Shown here: piece by piece, positions 63,350-64,000 of the stretch | Numbering within the stretch: the stretch's first letter is position 1 | How the letters are laid out: the number at the start of each line of letters is the position of its first letter | Source: Felis catus | Lineage: Eukaryota | Assembly (NCBI RefSeq): GCF_018350175.1 | Contig: NC_058368.1 | Location: 66,342,001-66,406,000, forward strand | DNA length: 64,000 nucleotides | Direction of reading: 5' to 3' | Position numbers and translations under genes: made by a program | The notes under the pieces: generated by a model | Told to the model about the DNA's origin: nothing | Seen by the model: the letters and a program-made list of their open reading frames with translations, nothing else | The model's database searches: none

Positions 63350-64000
63350 GATGCATTTCAACCATCCATAGACTTTCCTAATGTTTACATGGGCAGAATA
63401 GAAAGTCAGGGGTGTGACTGCATGAAACTAGATGTTAATTATGGAACCAAAATGGTACTGAATCCCTGTCTTTACCCTTTCTGCAGGTGAAAAGTCAGTG
63501 CTGAGCCTGAAAACAGGAAAGATGGGGTTACTAAGCTTTTTCCTGCCATCCATCCATAGGGCTGTGGATTTTACACTTACCTGTATTTGGAATGACTCTT
63601 CTCTTCTGGCTGTAGAGATTTTTAAGTGGGTTTGCGTTGCCAGTCACCATCCAAGAGTGCACTATATGGACCTGTCAATTGGTTAAGAGCGGAGGTTACC
63701 AGCAGTCGAATTAGTGACAATATTTATTTCTTACAGAAACAAATAGACCGTTGGGAAAAGCATTTTATCTCTTGGTGCATTGTTTCAGTGCATTTATGTG
63801 ACATCCGAGCAAATGAATTCTAAAGAATATGTTTAGGGAATTTGCAGGGGGGAATACCTATTTCTCCCAGCCAGAGAGGGACCCGGAGCCAGTTGAGATG
63901 CTTCGCAAGTTTTTAATTCAAAGCATGGGAGGACAGAAAAGATGGAAAACAAAAAGCCAATTACCTGAGAACTCTCTGCCAGAAGCCAGAGGAAGATTGA

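Noticed and set aside
1..64000. Naming the host gene or exact species
   Set aside because: No coding exon I recognise; SINE types support Felidae only. A genome alignment is needed.

Overview
Mammalian non-coding DNA from a cat-family (Felidae) genome, identified by many tRNA-derived CAN-SINEs of the felid SINEC_Fc type and a felid-type L1 ORF2 fragment. No credible protein-coding gene, rRNA, tRNA or CRISPR array is present. The ORF-track entries are chance ORFs, microsatellite read-throughs or decayed L1/SINE sequence. The window looks like a large intron or intergenic stretch. A consensus splice donor at 252/253, behind a short ATG-initiated frame, hints that it may be the intron after an alternative first exon, but I cannot name the host gene. 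Repeats include 12 CAN-SINEs (most with target-site duplications, TSDs), old and carnivore-age L1 fragments, MaLR LTRs (MLT1), hAT MITEs (MER5, MER58, MER53, MER33, MER113-like), MIR/L2 relics and microsatellites. Family names come from recalled consensus sequences, not a database search. The most notable structures are: (i) a head-to-head inverted SINE pair at 58.0-58.5 kb whose separately inserted arms are 167/169 identical, consistent with gene conversion; (ii) an adjacent internal-only L1 ORF2 fragment that looks like a non-canonical insertion; (iii) a near-perfect ~150 bp tandem duplication at 7.7-8.0 kb; (iv) a strong CTCF motif in a compact motif cluster at 47.8 kb. I found no evidence of a novel multi-gene biological system.
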